Of a stretch of 26,645 bases of DNA, positions 1 through 14,083 are shown piece by piece. The translations under genes were made by a program, and so were the position numbers. Position 1 is the first letter of the stretch. Each line of letters starts with the position of its first letter. The stretch lies in assembly GCA_964035545.1 (NCBI GenBank), contig CAXIUT010000181.1, positions 29,664-56,308 on the forward strand, given 5' to 3'. Below the pieces are notes generated by a model that worked only from the letters and a program-made list of their open reading frames with translations, had not been told where the DNA came from and searched no databases. The DNA comes from Bugula neritina. Its lineage: Eukaryota; Animalia; Bryozoa.

Positions 1-80
1 CCCAACCCCAACCCCAACCCCAACCCCAACCCCAACCCCAACCCCAACCCCAACCCCAACCCCAACCCCAACCCCAACCC
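1..80 (-). repeat. Left telomere, (CCCCAA)n
   Basis: Perfect C4A2 repeats at the window start; C-rich on + as expected for a left chromosome end; Tetrahymena-type repeat unit. Confidence 0.98.
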
Positions 81-154
81 TTACAAATTTGTTAGTTATA
101 TATATTATTATTTATTGATTAATAGCGTACTCTATTATGCTATCAACATCAAGA

Positions 155-770
155 TCAATCTTTTTTCCTATTAAAATATTTTTCTTCAAGTTCTTTACTA
201 ATTTAATACTTCTAGATGATGGTCAAAAGGTCTAAAACTTCTTCTTTTCCTTGAAACGTTTCATTCTGAACAATACTCCTGATTGTTAAAGATAAGGATT
301 GCAACTCTGATATTGATGGACGTCGGATCTAGGTAGGTTATTTTTTTTTCTTATTTAATGTATTAATACTGTTTCTATGTGACTTTTGAAAAAGTAGTTA
401 TTGTTTTGTTCCACTATTTTGCTCCCTACAGTCTTTTTTGTATCATTTTTTGAGGAATAAGAGAACGATTTTTGATTTTAGTCCCTTGAGGTTTAGTTCA
501 CTTAATCTAAAATGTTGGTTGTTATCTTGTATGTACTTTATACATTTGACTCTAAATAGCAGTTTAAGTACCTTTTATTTTGTTTTGAAGAACCTGATTG
601 GCGATTATCAACCATTCAGGATCCTTTTTGATTATCTTAACATGTGCCTCAAGTTTTTCTTTGAATTCAGGTAAGTTGATCTTTGCTCCATGAGATATTT
701 GGTAGTTGATATATTTGTCAATTGCATCTTCGAATTCTTTCTTATCTTTGAAGCTGATTTGTGAAGCCAT
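155..770 (-). CDS. Hypothetical protein (~191 aa), two 20-nt introns (552-571, 350-369)
   Basis: ATG 770 (MASQISFKDKKEFEDAIDKY...). Removing gtacttaaactgctatttag and gtattaatacattaaataag gives a continuous frame (UAR=Glu) ending ...SKELEEKYFNRKKD-TGA at 157-155. No family recognised. Confidence 0.65.
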
Positions 771-1653
771 GATTTTACTTCAAACTAGCAAAAAATATAT
801 TAGAGTAGTTAATTATAAGCGGTTAAAATATCAAATAACAATTTAATCTAATAATACTAACCCATCAATAATATCTAGTCATCAAGTACAACCAAATTCT
901 ATCAATATCAGTCAAAGCCACGTCTAAAACAGTATCAAACAAAAGAATGGTACTCTGATACCGATCATCCCTTTTCCATCTCTTCCACTTTCCTATCGTC
1001 TTTTTGTTTTTCTTAATTGATCCATCAATTGAGGAAAAGTAAATTAACTTGATCCCTTTGAACTCTTTTGAGTGAGCATGAACTCATCTATCTTTCTTAT
1101 CATATCAAAATTTTATGAAAAACCTTGCCCTCATTTACTATGCTTTTAGTCACCTTGTTAGTCAAGTGTTTATTTTAGTCATGAACCCAATACACAAACT
1201 GATGTTTTGTGCATTTATCAACAATATCCTCTCAAAGTTCATGCGAAACTACTATCAAAAAAGAAGATGCAGAGGGAGTTAGTTAAAGTATTCTCATAGC
1301 TGCTGGATGACTACTTTTTTGTATGTAGACAACAGAGAAGAGACCTCTTCACTCCATAACAAATTGAAATATCTTTATCATATTAATCATTCATCATAAA
1401 AATAAAATAAAATATAGAGTATCAGATAAATAACTAAGTTCTGATCATTGAAAACGTTTATTTCAAAGTTAAATAGATAAATCGAAAAAACTATCTGATT
1501 TTAAATATTTATTGCAACTGCATCTTACCAAATAATCATTTTTTTACTTAATTATTCTTTCTTTCAAACGAATAAACTTATTTTCTCCTTAGAAAACCAT
1601 AGAAAAGCGTTTTTTATGATTCCACTCCATAATAACATAATATATTTCTCTTA

Positions 1654-2889
1654 ATGCGTCAGGAAAATCAACGTAGAACAGGTCCCTCACCCCCTCATCA
1701 ATCAAACCAATCAAACTACCGTCAATCCCTCTCAATTTTATCATCTTAATTAATCCGTCACTCTTTTTCAGGATAAACACAATCTCCTCAACTATACAGA
1801 TAATCTGTTGGTCTAGCGAATCGCGTCCGTAATACCCTTACAGTCTAGCTAGCATAACAACTGATAATGCGTGGTTTATAGGTCTAGAAAAAAGAGCAAG
1901 AGAAGAGTCAAATGAACAATTTAAAGAGCAGTTTGAGTTAATTGTAGCGGAAGATAACAAAAGCCAAAAAAAGATTGAATACTTATACTAATATTATCGA
2001 ATAAAGCGATGGAGAAGCTGAAGAAAAGTAGTTATTTTTTATTAAAAAATAAAAACATGAAGATCAGACAACTATCGCTGGCAGTGTCATATCGGGAGTA
2101 GTTGTAGGATAACTAAAAAATATGTATAAAAAAAGTTATTATCTAAATCATATTGCTGATGTCATGGAAGGCAGTGATAAAAAAGCATGGGATCATTTCA
2201 ATATCTCACTAAAAGTGTTAAAAAATTATTATAAAATATAATCACCTAGTTTCGCATAACTTTAATAAAAAAAAGTTAACCTACCTAAAAATAAATCTGA
2301 TGCCCACAAAAAAACACTTCTAATCGATATCGACTAAACCATCCTTCATTGCTAGTAAAATCCATCAAAACCCTATGATCTAGCCTTGCCAATAGAACTA
2401 TAAAACGGTGCCACTGCCCACGCATACATAACGATTCGTCCTTATGCCATAAGTTTCCTAAAAAGGATGTCAAAACACTACTAAATAATCGCTTTCACTG
2501 CCAGCCACTAATCCTACGCCGATGTGGTCCTCGACTAGCTAGACCCCTAAGGCTAGTACATCAAACACCGCCTCTATCGCCGCAACTGCATATAAATCCA
2601 CTAGAACATCTACGCAAAAGATATGCGAATAGTCAATCGCTAGCTGTCAAAAATGGTGCTAGTGGACAATGCTCCCTACAGCTACATATTCCAACTATAA
2701 AATGGAATACCGATCTTGCCATACTACCAGGGCGAAGACGGCTAGCTGGTCATGCTATAGAAATATCTATAAGAAATGGTCGGATGCTAAGACGTGAGAT
2801 AATTTAATAAAGGAAGATTCAAATTACATTAATATTGTCGATTTGGATAAATGGATTAGATGATCAGATAGTTGTATCTCAGAAAATGA
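1654..2889 (+). CDS. FCP1/SCP-like (NIF domain, HAD) CTD small phosphatase
   Basis: Open frame with KKTLLIDID[TAA=E]TILHC (DxDxT), IRPYAISFL, AFTASHESYADVVLDELDP, RLYRRNC, YAKDMRIVNR, VLVDNAPYSY, ENGIPILPY; TGA at 2887-2889. Start uncertain because the frame stays open upstream to ATG 1078; ATG 1654 chosen because it follows an AT-rich stretch. Confidence 0.9.
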
Positions 2890-3129
2890 TCTTTTAGTAG
2901 TATTTACATTTATTATCTTTGGTATTTAAGAGGTGAAGGAAATAAATAGGATTGTAGGAGAGGACTTTGAGGTTTGTTTTTTATGGTTGGGGTGTTTGGG
3001 TGAGGCCTCGATGATTTGGAATTGAAGGGGTGGTTATTATTTTTTATTTTGAATGCTTTTGGATTTGTGTTGGTAGATGTTAGAAGTAAAAAATGAATAT
3101 TAATATTAAATTGATAATATTGGACTATT

Positions 3130-3785
3130 ATGGTTAAGCATAACAACGTGATCCCCAACGTGCATCTCCGCAAACACTGGCAAAGAAACGTCAGAGTATG
3201 GCTCAATCAAGCCGGTCGCAAGCACAGAAGACTATAGACTCGTCGTGCAAAAGCTGCTGCCATCGCACCTAGACCTCTCGACAAACTCAGACCCTCAGTT
3301 AGATGCCAAACCATCAGATACAACCACAGACCCAGAACCGGAAAAGGATTCACTCTTGCTTAAATCAAGAGCGTTGGTCTTGGTGTTCAGTTCGCCAAAT
3401 CTATCGGAATCGCTGTTGATCACAGAAGAAAAAATAGATCTCAAGAAGGATTCGATTCCAACAAAGCTAGACTCACCAACTATCTCAGCAAATTGGTCCT
3501 CTACCCAAGACATGAAGGAAAATACGTCAGCAAAGCTAAAACTGGCATTGTCAATGATACACCCAAGGTATTTTTTATTTTATTTAGGAAGGTCAAAAGG
3601 TCGTAGACTCACCATCTGTCAACACCTTGGCTCCTATTATCAAGAGAGTGAGATCAGTCAGCAAAGAAGAATTGAAAAGACTCAAATAGGCATCAGCCTA
3701 CAAGACCCAAAGACAAGAGTGGAATAACCAAAGAAATGCTGGCAAAAGAGAAAAGAAAGCAAGAGATGCTGCCGAAAAGAAGTGA
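3130..3785 (+). CDS. RPL13: 60S ribosomal protein L13 (eL13), 211 aa, 20-nt intron 3568-3587
   Basis: [31 protein letters not shown]...[20 protein letters not shown]...GKGFTLA[E]IK...[12 protein letters not shown]; removing gtattttttattttatttag restores the C-terminus ending in TGA. Confidence 0.97.
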
Positions 3786-3926
3786 TTTCTGGATATTTAA
3801 ACATAATCTCTTTATCTCTTATGAATCATAATACCCATCTCCAACAAAATAAGCAAGAATATTCTAATAATGTCGTGGAAGATATCATTAAGATAACTAT
3901 TAGGCAAATATAAGGGATTAATTATA

Positions 3927-4891
3927 TCAATGTTTGTATTTATCGATATCTTCTTGTCTGATATCATTGAAATAGGGATGTTTGAGTGCCTATTTCATTG
4001 ATATTCTTTTCGCTGGGTCCAACTGAAGCATCTTCATGCAGAGGTCAAGAGTCACCTTATCAAAGTTTTTAAAGTGAGTTTCAATATTATATCCTTTGAA
4101 TTTAGGGAAAGTAGGCTTGAAATCTGGTAAATTATCTAAATTATCATAATTATTACGAACATTCATCCATTGAGCAGGAGAAGGAGTTCCATGGAACTGG
4201 AATATCTTGAAGATTTGATCAATTTCACTATCACCACAAAACAGAGGTTTCTTTTCAACAAGTTCAGCAAAAATACAACCAATAGCCCAAATATCAACTC
4301 CCAAGCTATATTGTTTCTGTCCAAGTAATACCTCAGGAGCCCGATACCATAGAGTTTATATTTAGTGAGTAAGTGTTTTAATGGGAATGCTAAAGGCTCT
4401 AGCCAACCCAAAATCAGCAATTTTCATAGTACCATTTCTATCAATCAAAAGATTCTGAGGTTTAAGATCACGATGAATAATTCTTCTTGAATGACAATAG
4501 TTAATTCCATTACACAACTGATAAACAAACAACTTGATCTGATAAGCAGTCAAAGTATGTTTATGCTAACTCAGATATTTTTTTAAATCATATTCCACAA
4601 GCTAAAAAATAAGATTAAGTTTCTTATCTGTTGGAATGTAAACCACTTCTTTCAATCTTGATAAATAATCAGATACTGAACGATGTTAGGATGAGGTTGA
4701 AGTTCTTTGAGGATTGATATTTCTCTCATAGCTGTTGATGGCACACCTTCATCTTCATTCTCTAGTTTTATTTTTTTTAGAGCAACAATGTTGTTGTGAA
4801 CTGTATCTTTGGCCTTGTAGACTACTCCATAAGTACCTTCTCCTAGCCTCTCCATCTTCTCATAGCGGTCTTTGAGGTCCTGCATCATCAT
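3927..4891 (-). CDS. Cyclin-dependent kinase, Cdc2/CDK1-like (PSTAMRE); introns 4657-4676 (20 nt) and 4136-4156 (21 nt)
   Basis: [49 protein letters not shown][E]I[E][24 protein letters not shown]; TGA at 3929-3927. Confidence 0.96.
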
Positions 4892-5213
4892 CTTGCTAAA
4901 CTGACTTGAATATATTATGAATATGATCGTTAAATATTAAAATCTATAATTCCAAATTTACCTCTCCAAACAAATCATTCATAAATTAATTTTTAACAGA
5001 TATTATCAATATTTAAAGAACTAAAAATGAATTTTCTTTACTTTTTTGACTATTTTTTTGAAGATTTGAAAAATCAATATTTTACATTTAGATCAGAAAT
5101 TCAAAAGTAAATGATATATCAAAATTTTAAATTGATTTTTAGATATCTGAATTGAAGTTGTAGAAATTTAACTTAGTTGACATAATATTTTTTAAAACTT
5201 ACTTGGAGCAAAA

Positions 5214-5857
5214 ATGAGCAAAGGAACACCTCTAACCAAAGCTCTCGCTCAGTGGTAATAGAAAAATGGCAAACCCGCAGCATAAGCTTAATAGATCAAG
5301 CTTGTTTTCTTAGTACATAATCTTTTACCAAGAACCCTCCCATTGACAAGTTATAAACAAGTGTATTGAGCACCCTCGGTCGCGTTGAAAAGCTATCAAT
5401 ATCCTCAAACTCAATCGACAAAATGGTCAACTTCCCTCCCTTGAAGTATATCACCCGCCTATCTCTTGCCCGTAACAACATCAAAAGGATATCCGGGCTG
5501 GAATAAATAGCAGGCACCCTAAAATAACTATGGCTTTCCTATAATTTGATCTAGAAACTTGAAGGGTTATCAATGTGTATGAAATTAGCTACTTTATGTA
5601 TTGGCAGTATCTTTATGATTTATGTAGATAACAGGATAAAGAGTTGGGATGAGTTGGATAAATTAAGAGAATTACCATAATTCGAGAACACCTTGTTGAT
5701 AGGTAATCCTTTCTATGAAACCTTGAAGGATGATGCCAAATACTATGCTTTAAAGAAAGTTCCTAATTTGAAAAATATTGATGGAATGATCGTTCAAGCT
5801 ACCTTTGCTAAGAAAAGTGCAGAACTTCCTGATGTATTCCCACCTCCACTCAAGTGA
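5214..5857 (+). CDS. DNAL1: Axonemal outer-arm dynein light chain 1 (LC1, leucine-rich repeat), 200 aa; introns 5313-5332 (20 nt) and 5607-5627 (21 nt)
   Basis: MSKGTPLTKALAQW[EE]KNGKPAA[E]A[EE]IKL, NPPIDKL, LSISSNSIDKM, LSLARNNIKRISGLE, L[K][E]LWLSYNLI[E]KL, GNNRIKSWDELDKL, GNPFY, VPNLKNIDG match LC1 motifs. Confidence 0.93.
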
Positions 5858-6141
5858 TTTCTATGAGATGATCTCATATATTAGTTTAATAAAAAATTAA
5901 TTTGAGAAGATTGCTTTCAAGAAAGTTTAATTGAGAATTAAATAGTAAAATCTTTGTAAGGAAAAGAGATAAAATTTGACTAGATAAAGGTTTTCAAGAG
6001 ATAGATTGAAATACTGATTCATTTTAATGGTTTTTAGTTCTCAAAACTAGATTTTTCCAAGATAGTTTGACTTTAATTATGATGCCCAATCCAAGTAAAA
6101 GAACTACTAAACCAATACTAACTCATAAACTAAAAGATTCA

Positions 6142-6417
6142 TCACTATTTCAACATTTTTAAACAACGATTAAGTTCCAGACCTTCCATCATATGTTCAA
6201 TAATTGCCAAATATAAAAAAAGCATACAAAGGAAAAAACCAATAAAACACAATAAAACCTCAAAACAACCACAATCGCCTCTATCTACTTGATTCTAACC
6301 ATAATATATCAAAAAAACGATAATTTATTTTTACATCTAGCTAACAATTCCCATCAAATAATCGAAATCATAGTGAATATTGACACAAAATATCATTTTA
6401 GTGGTTTGGATATCCAT
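6142..6417 (-). CDS. Possible small membrane protein (~91 aa)
   Basis: ATG 6417 to TGA with a hydrophobic run (VLLCFIGFFLCMLFLYLAII). No homology recognised; 3' structure uncertain. Confidence 0.3.
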
Positions 6418-6495
6418 ATTTTATTGATATGATTTAGTATTAACGGTGATAGTATAGATGCAATTTAAAAATAAGATACGATATAAAAATTAGAT

Positions 6496-7359
6496 ATGTA
6501 AGCCTTAAGCTTCCCTAGGGGTAATATCTACCAGATCATCTGCCGTGACGGCAATCGAGCTCTCAGAATTGAGACCAACAATCCCAAAGATTTCGAAAGC
6601 TCCAGAATAGTTGGATCTCAACCCAACGCCCATGATGTTGGACAACTCTGGATGATTGAAAAAGTTGGATCAGGAGATGACTAATATGAAATCGTCAACT
6701 GTCAATCCAACCTCGTCTGGGATGAATAATGGGGAGATATTAAATTGAGATTCGGAAAACAAAACAGTGACCAACTCTATAAGGTAGAAAAAGTCGATAA
6801 CGCCTTCTGGTTCAAAACTTCATCCAAAGGAAGCAGTGCTGCTTCACTTGAAGGTATCCTCAGACGCAAAGATTTTGATCCTAACTCAGTCAACCAACTC
6901 TTCTATATCGTCCCCGTCAATCACTCAAATGCTTTGGATCAAACCTGCATCCTCGTCAACAACTGCTCAGGAAAAGCTTTGGACGTTCCTGGGGCAACAT
7001 TTGAACACGGTGAGAGGTTGATTCAATGGTAAAAGAACAAAAGATTCAATCAGAGATGGAGATGGGTTAAAAACGGAGATGGATATATGTTACAAAGCGT
7101 TCTAAATGGTCATTGTGTCGATATTGCCTAAGAAAAGAAAGAACCAGAATCCAAAGTTGTCCAATGGGATAGAACTGGAGGAGCTAATCAAACTTGGAGA
7201 CCCAGAAGTATCGGTGGAGGAGTATATAAGATCGAATCATGCCATGCTCATGGCCAATTTTTAGCCATCAAGAACTGTGACTACGACAATGGAGGAAAAG
7301 TTGAAATTAATAGCCAAGGATCATCCACCGAGTGGAGAATCGAAGGATTTACTCCATGA
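6496..7359 (+). CDS. Ricin B-type beta-trefoil lectin (QxW repeats), 287 aa, intronless
   Basis: Single frame MEALSFPRGNIYQII...GQLWMIE...SGKALDVPGAT...LIQW[E]KNKRFNQRW...GHCVDIA...VVQWDRTGGANQTW...EWRIEGFTP-TGA. Confidence 0.88.
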
Positions 7360-7423
7360 TCACCTTATCCATAAATAAATATCACACAAGTATATTCCTA
7401 TAAACTCAATAAATATATTAAAA

Positions 7424-8305
7424 TCAAAGGGTTTACTCATGACTACCCACTGCTTCAATCGAAGCAACCGACCGATTCTGTAATTTATCTCTCAGCAATG
7501 ACCTATTGATATTTTTAGGTTTATTCTTCTTGAATTTACCATCTTTTAAATAACATCCCCTTATATGTTCCTCTTGATCTTTTTTTATACTACGCACTGA
7601 ATTGAGTCCTTTCTTTTTAGAGAAAGGCATATACGATCTCGATGTTTTAGGCTATAATATCTGGTATGTTTTTGAATTACTCTTCAATATAATCTCTTGA
7701 TTCAGTTATTTCTATGATTCTATTTGAAAGAGCTCCTTGTGTTTTGGTTTTGTATTAGAATTAACAAAAAGATTGTTTTCAAAATTCTATGTCTTCACTA
7801 TTTTACCCAATTGATGTCTATCATCCATAACAACACTAGAATTTTTCTTCAAACTCAAAGCTTTACTTCTATCTGACAGATATTTCTCCTATTTAAAACT
7901 TTTTATCTTCCCATTCCTTCGATGTTCAAGTTAAATATACAAAATCTAATTCTTTTTTTTAAGTTCTTTGATAATCTACTTAGTATTCTCCATAAATTCT
8001 ATCTTTTATATCTCAACTTCATTGATATAACTTTTCAACGATTCAGAGTACAACTTCATCTGCTCCTAAAACCCTATCTTTCCACGAACATTCGCCTACT
8101 ACTTCTGCAACTGCTCCTCAAGCACCTTATAATGACCCTGTAACTAGATATACTACACGATGATTGTTTGTATTTTTGATAGACAACTCAAATATCCTTC
8201 AAGATAATCTTATTCAGTTATAAATTGAGGGACGTTTATCTATGGACATGTTTTTATGATTTATTGTAATTTTTATAGAATTATTTTTATGTTCTATGGG
8301 GTCAT
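7424..8305 (-). CDS. Hypothetical coiled-coil protein (293 aa)
   Basis: 882-nt frame without TGA, from ATG 8305 (MTPENIKIILEKLQEII) to TGA 7426-7424; includes track ORF 7433..7630. Confidence 0.75.
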
Positions 8306-8590
8306 TATTGTATTAAATATTATTGATATGTTTACTTATAAGATAATATTCACTAAAAACCTTTAAATAACGATATTGTTCAGCTAATTGTGATTTAAAT
8401 AATATTGATAATAATTGATTATTCCAACCTTATTGTCAGACAATAGACTAAAATAACGAGATCTTTCTTTTTAAAATATAATTGTTATACTACCATTTTT
8501 AGTTTAGCATCCCTTTCAAACAAACATTCAAACAACCACAATATAAAAGAATCACAATATCGCTATCTAGAATAAAACAAAACAAAAGCA

Positions 8591-9190
8591 TCAACAATCA
8601 TTTGCATCATCTTCCATCACATCCTCAATAACTCTAGATTTATTCCCCTTCTTTACCATAGGTTTATTACACAAGGTAAGCTTCCTATACTAATTCCTCC
8701 TCTTTATCATCCTCTCTTCTTTATCCCCATACTCCTAATTCTAAAAACCACACCTCAACGAACTCTCCCCAAATCGATCAAGCTAATCATACCTCTCACT
8801 CTAATTTCTAATCGCCTTGCACAACATATCCTCATACCTGATGATCTACTGCTAGAGAAGGCCAACCATCGATTTCTTTTGATTTCTTTGCTGAATCAAC
8901 TCAATAATGTACTGATATTTATTAGTTATTTTCAAAATCATAGCTTCCTATAGAGTCAACCTCAGTGAAATGATTTTTCTTATTTTCTACTAATTAACCA
9001 TCCCTTTTGATAGAATTGTTACAATTACACTATGTAGTTCTTTCTGCATATACGATGTCTTCTAGTATGGCTTCAAATTGCTCCATTTCAAATATAGCTA
9101 CTTACGCTCATAAGGATTCATCTCATCATCATGCTAGATTATAAATTTGCTGATGTTGTCGATTGATAGATTGGAAGGCATTTGATTCAT
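8591..9190 (-). CDS. Hypothetical protein (199 aa)
   Basis: 600-nt open frame MNQMPSNLSIDNISKF...VIEDVMEDDANDC-TGA under UAR=Glu. Confidence 0.7.
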
Positions 9191-9302
9191 TTTTGGATTT
9201 TGGTTATTTTTGATTATTAGTAAATTGAATGTTAGAGTGGATATATATTATTTATAGTTAGAGATTGTAGTTTTATAAATAGTCAACTAGTAGTTAATAT
9301 AT

Positions 9303-10714
9303 ATGAATCAGATAGGTAGAAATTAGTAGTGGTGTAGAGATAGCGACAAACTAAAATCAATGCCATCTTTCTCAAGCATCCACGGCACCAACTCCCAAAG
9401 CATCTCCGACATAAAACTCTCCCACCCAAAATAAACAACAAAAAACATCTAAAAAGACCAAATCCTCTAACCCAAATAAAGCCAAATAGAACTAAATTAC
9501 AGCTACAGTAGATAACCATATCTCCTAACCGAATACCACCATCTCCTGAAAAAAGTACTATCTCTTTACAGTTCATAAAAAAACATAAAAAAACATATCA
9601 TAAATAGTCTACTCGTTCGAGGCTACTAAACCAACCTATCAAACGATATAGGATCAATAGTCGCAAATTCATTTAAGTAGTATACCTAGTTATGCAAAAA
9701 TCTACAAAATAAAGCAAATTAGGTAGATAATAATGAACGTTAAGAAATATTAATGAATTTGAGAAGATAAATTGGATAGCTGAAAATATAGAATGGAAAA
9801 CAAAGATGTAGAATTGTTTAGTTATAAAAATAAAACCATGAAATTAGAATGGAATTGGTCGATAGGAAAGTAGGTCATATCGATGGATGGCAAGTAGATC
9901 AAGTATAAAAGATAATAAAATAAACGATAGATAAAATGTAGAAAATATAAGTAGATATTTATGGCAAGTTAGGTCAACTACAAAATAAATTGATCGATCT
10001 CTCTCGCTTCAGAAACAAAATAGCCATGATCCATGACAAATAGAACAAATCTGTACATCTGTCCCCATCAAACAACAAATCCCCACGCATAAACGAATCA
10101 TAACTAACCCGTCTGACTTCAATAATAATCCGTTTATCAGACGAACTAGAACACCAAAAGAAATTATACCTATAATCAACCCATAAAAACAAATCCCTCT
10201 CCAAGCAACTCTGCATCCTCTCAACAAACGAATAATCCAGCAGTCTAAACATAATCGAACAAAGTCACTTCGTTTGTTCTTTTTAGTAGTAATCTCTATG
10301 ATATTTTTGGATAATCATTATTATGAAATGAACTATGAATCAAGTAGATAGGGCAAATTCAGCATAAGAAAAAATAAATAACTGCTAAGACAATCTAAAA
10401 TCACCAAAGAACCCATCTGCACATACAGAGAACTCAATGTCATATCGCATCATGATCTACATCCAATAAATAAAATGCAGATGCAGAATCGATCGCAACT
10501 TATGACCAATTCATATCGAAATAAAATAGAATAGCCTTCGGAATTGACCAATAGCAGCAGTTAGAGATTTATTTTTAATTAATAAAAAATGGAAAATGGA
10601 TGGTGCGGGTGTTGCTAACCCAGTAAATCATAAGTATATGTTACGCCTAGTTAAATTTTATCCAGGAGGGTGTTGATGAGAGAGGATGGATGCTGTGGAT
10701 GTGATAGAAAATGA
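9303..10714 (+). CDS. Hypothetical coiled-coil protein; 3' part needs a probable ~23-nt intron near 10264-10286
   Basis: About 1 kb open frame from ATG 9303; a second frame continues to TGA 10712-10714. The joining intron has an atypical GTC donor and is inferred. Confidence 0.55.
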
Positions 10715-10808
10715 TTTTTGTTAGGAAATGGGTCATGATCTGGTTTAGTTGCTTTATTGTAGATATTGATTTTCTGTTATTTAGTAACAAGATATAATAT
10801 AAGTTGAA

Positions 10809-11873
<1,065 letters not shown>

Positions 11874-11979
11874 TAAATACCCAATATCACTTATTTATCT
11901 CTTTTTAGTAAAAAAAACAATTTCATTGAATAAAAATTAATCAATATTAGCATAAGTAAGAATAGAGATGGTAGTAGTA

Positions 11980-12834
11980 TCATCTGGTTTGCACTTGGTA
12001 GACTTTACCTTTCGGTATTCTTTTTTTCAACTCACCTTTTCTCAACTACTCCACAAACACCTTCAGATACTCTTTAAACTGATCCTTATCTTTTAATTTT
12101 TTGTTCTAGACATAAGTTTACAACTTCCCCTCCTCCACCTGTCTCAAAACCTCCCCGGTCAGAAATTGCCTAGCCCGATTATATAAAACAACTCCAGTTT
12201 CCTCATAAATATCCAATAATCCATATTCCTTCAATGCACTTATAGTTAGTTTGTGTTCATTGTTTTATCCCAAAATATAGTGCAATACTTTTTTGTTAGA
12301 TAATGATGAATGCACAAATCGACTCCATATTTTCTGACCCACCTTCTGAACCTAGCAACTACTTTATTAATCAATTTTGATGCTGATGGAGTGCTTGATG
12401 CAGATGGTAAGGTGTTTTTGGAAATTATGGAAAGCTGAAGAATTGAACTTTTATTTTTATTCTGGCGTGAAAGGTTAAAAATGATCAGAAACGTTGTCTG
12501 AAGGATTGGGTAAGTTGATAGATAGTTCTTTTTATGAGGGGGTCTAATCCTTTGCAAGAAATTGATCAAGATACATACTAGAATCACCTCTTTTGAGGTA
12601 GGTGAAACTTTTAGGAAGAGGGTCTTATTTAGACAGTTGCTAATGAAGGGCTTAGGTATGATTTTACTCGAAGAAGATGTTTACCTGGTCTGTGTTATCC
12701 ATTAAAAAATAATTATACGGAAGAGAGCGGAATAACTCATCACAAAAATCAAAATAGAAACAAATTTTATCTGATAGACCGCTAAATGGCGGGCACTCCC
12801 TCACTTTAAATGCCTTCCCTTGATCATTATCCAT
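11980..12834 (-). CDS. Hypothetical protein (284 aa), intronless
   Basis: 855-nt open frame MDNDQGKAFKVRECPPF...KGKVYQVQTR-TGA under UAR=Glu. Confidence 0.75.
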
Positions 12835-13020
12835 AAAATAAGAATAATATTATTTTCAAATATAGACTTAAGACTACTAAGGTATTCCACGTTTCACCAT
12901 CATAGTTAGAATAAAATCAAAAAGAAGTAAAATTATGTTCGATCAGGACAGTTCTAACAAAATGACATCACTATTTTATCATTATTTATTGATATTACTT
13001 AGAGAATAAATGTAACTGTA

Positions 13021-13950
13021 TCAGGAAATGATCATTTCCGACTCATTCGGTTCTTTCTTCATTCCTCCAGAAGGAATAGGTTGACCTTTAACAACATTAT
13101 TTCCCTATCCTGGTTCATTTTTTATCATAGGTTCACTCAGTTTTTGCAAAGTCTGAACTAAATACTGAGTCTAACTCTCTTAGATCTCCTCAAAAAAATC
13201 AATCAAAGGAGCATCAACATCACACCACTGATTCTGCACCTCCTAATTATCCCCCTTACTGATATTTTTAAGCAACTATCTAGTAGTATTCCTCGTACAG
13301 GCCAAATACAAATGAAATACAAAGAATCCTATCAAAGGCAACCCCAACAATCCAGCAACTATCGACACAATAATAATTATTACAGTCTGATTGATCGAGT
13401 TTTCAGATTTAGCAATAGCAAAGACTATCATATTGATGATCAACAATCCAATAGAGATAACAGTCGACCCCAAAAACATAATAAAAAATCTGTAATTACG
13501 CTTACCAATACAAGTACCAATCACACCACAATGATGATCAAATATCTAGACACAATTCTGACAAGAAGAACAATGACTCGCTTTCTTCGGCCTCACTATA
13601 TGACAACTCTCACAAATCCGAGCCTGCACCCCTACCGCTGGATTCAAATATTTTTGATTTTTATCAGCATGACGCTCAAGAAATGGTCTTCTCGGTATGA
13701 TCCCCGGATCAGTACAAGCAGTCAAGTACAAGAAGAAGTACATACTAGCAATAGCAGCATAGAAAATAATCAACAAAGCCGGTGCAGACTAGAAGTTATC
13801 TTTCGCCACGAAGATACAAAAAGGAATAAGCAAGATCAAAGTATAGCAATAGATACAGAGCATTCCAGCACAATCTTTACCAGGTCCTGCCACACAGCAA
13901 TTACAAAAGAAACGGTTCCTGCCAGGCCAGATCTCGTATATTCTCGGCAT
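13021..13950 (-). CDS. DHHC palmitoyltransferase (Erf2/ZDHHC9-14-18-like), 309 aa
   Basis: [40 protein letters not shown][E][24 protein letters not shown][E] motif, four hydrophobic segments; TGA at 13023-13021. Confidence 0.95.
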
Positions 13951-14083
13951 CGATTCTTACTATTATTGTATTTGATTATTGATTAAGTATTATTGGCAGA
14001 TGATGGGCAGGGTAGTCTGTTCGATGTTTATATATTTGGGTGATTAATGTTGTATTTTGAGATGGTCGCTGATAGTTTTTTGA

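Noticed and set aside
2980-3030. G/T-rich patch (GGTTGGGGTGTTTGGG) resembling a degenerate telomere
   Set aside because: Only one full repeat unit, in an intergenic or UTR context; insufficient support.
3245-3727. 160-aa track ORF
   Set aside because: Alternative frame over RPL13; the true frame contains TAA/TAG Glu codons and an intron.
9627-9641. TAAACCAACCTATCA, 12/15 match to the Tetrahymena Cbs
   Set aside because: Lies inside an open reading frame far from any telomere and lacks the conserved C after AAACCAACCT; probably chance.
13312-13986. 224-aa + strand ORF
   Set aside because: Antisense shadow of the DHHC palmitoyltransferase.
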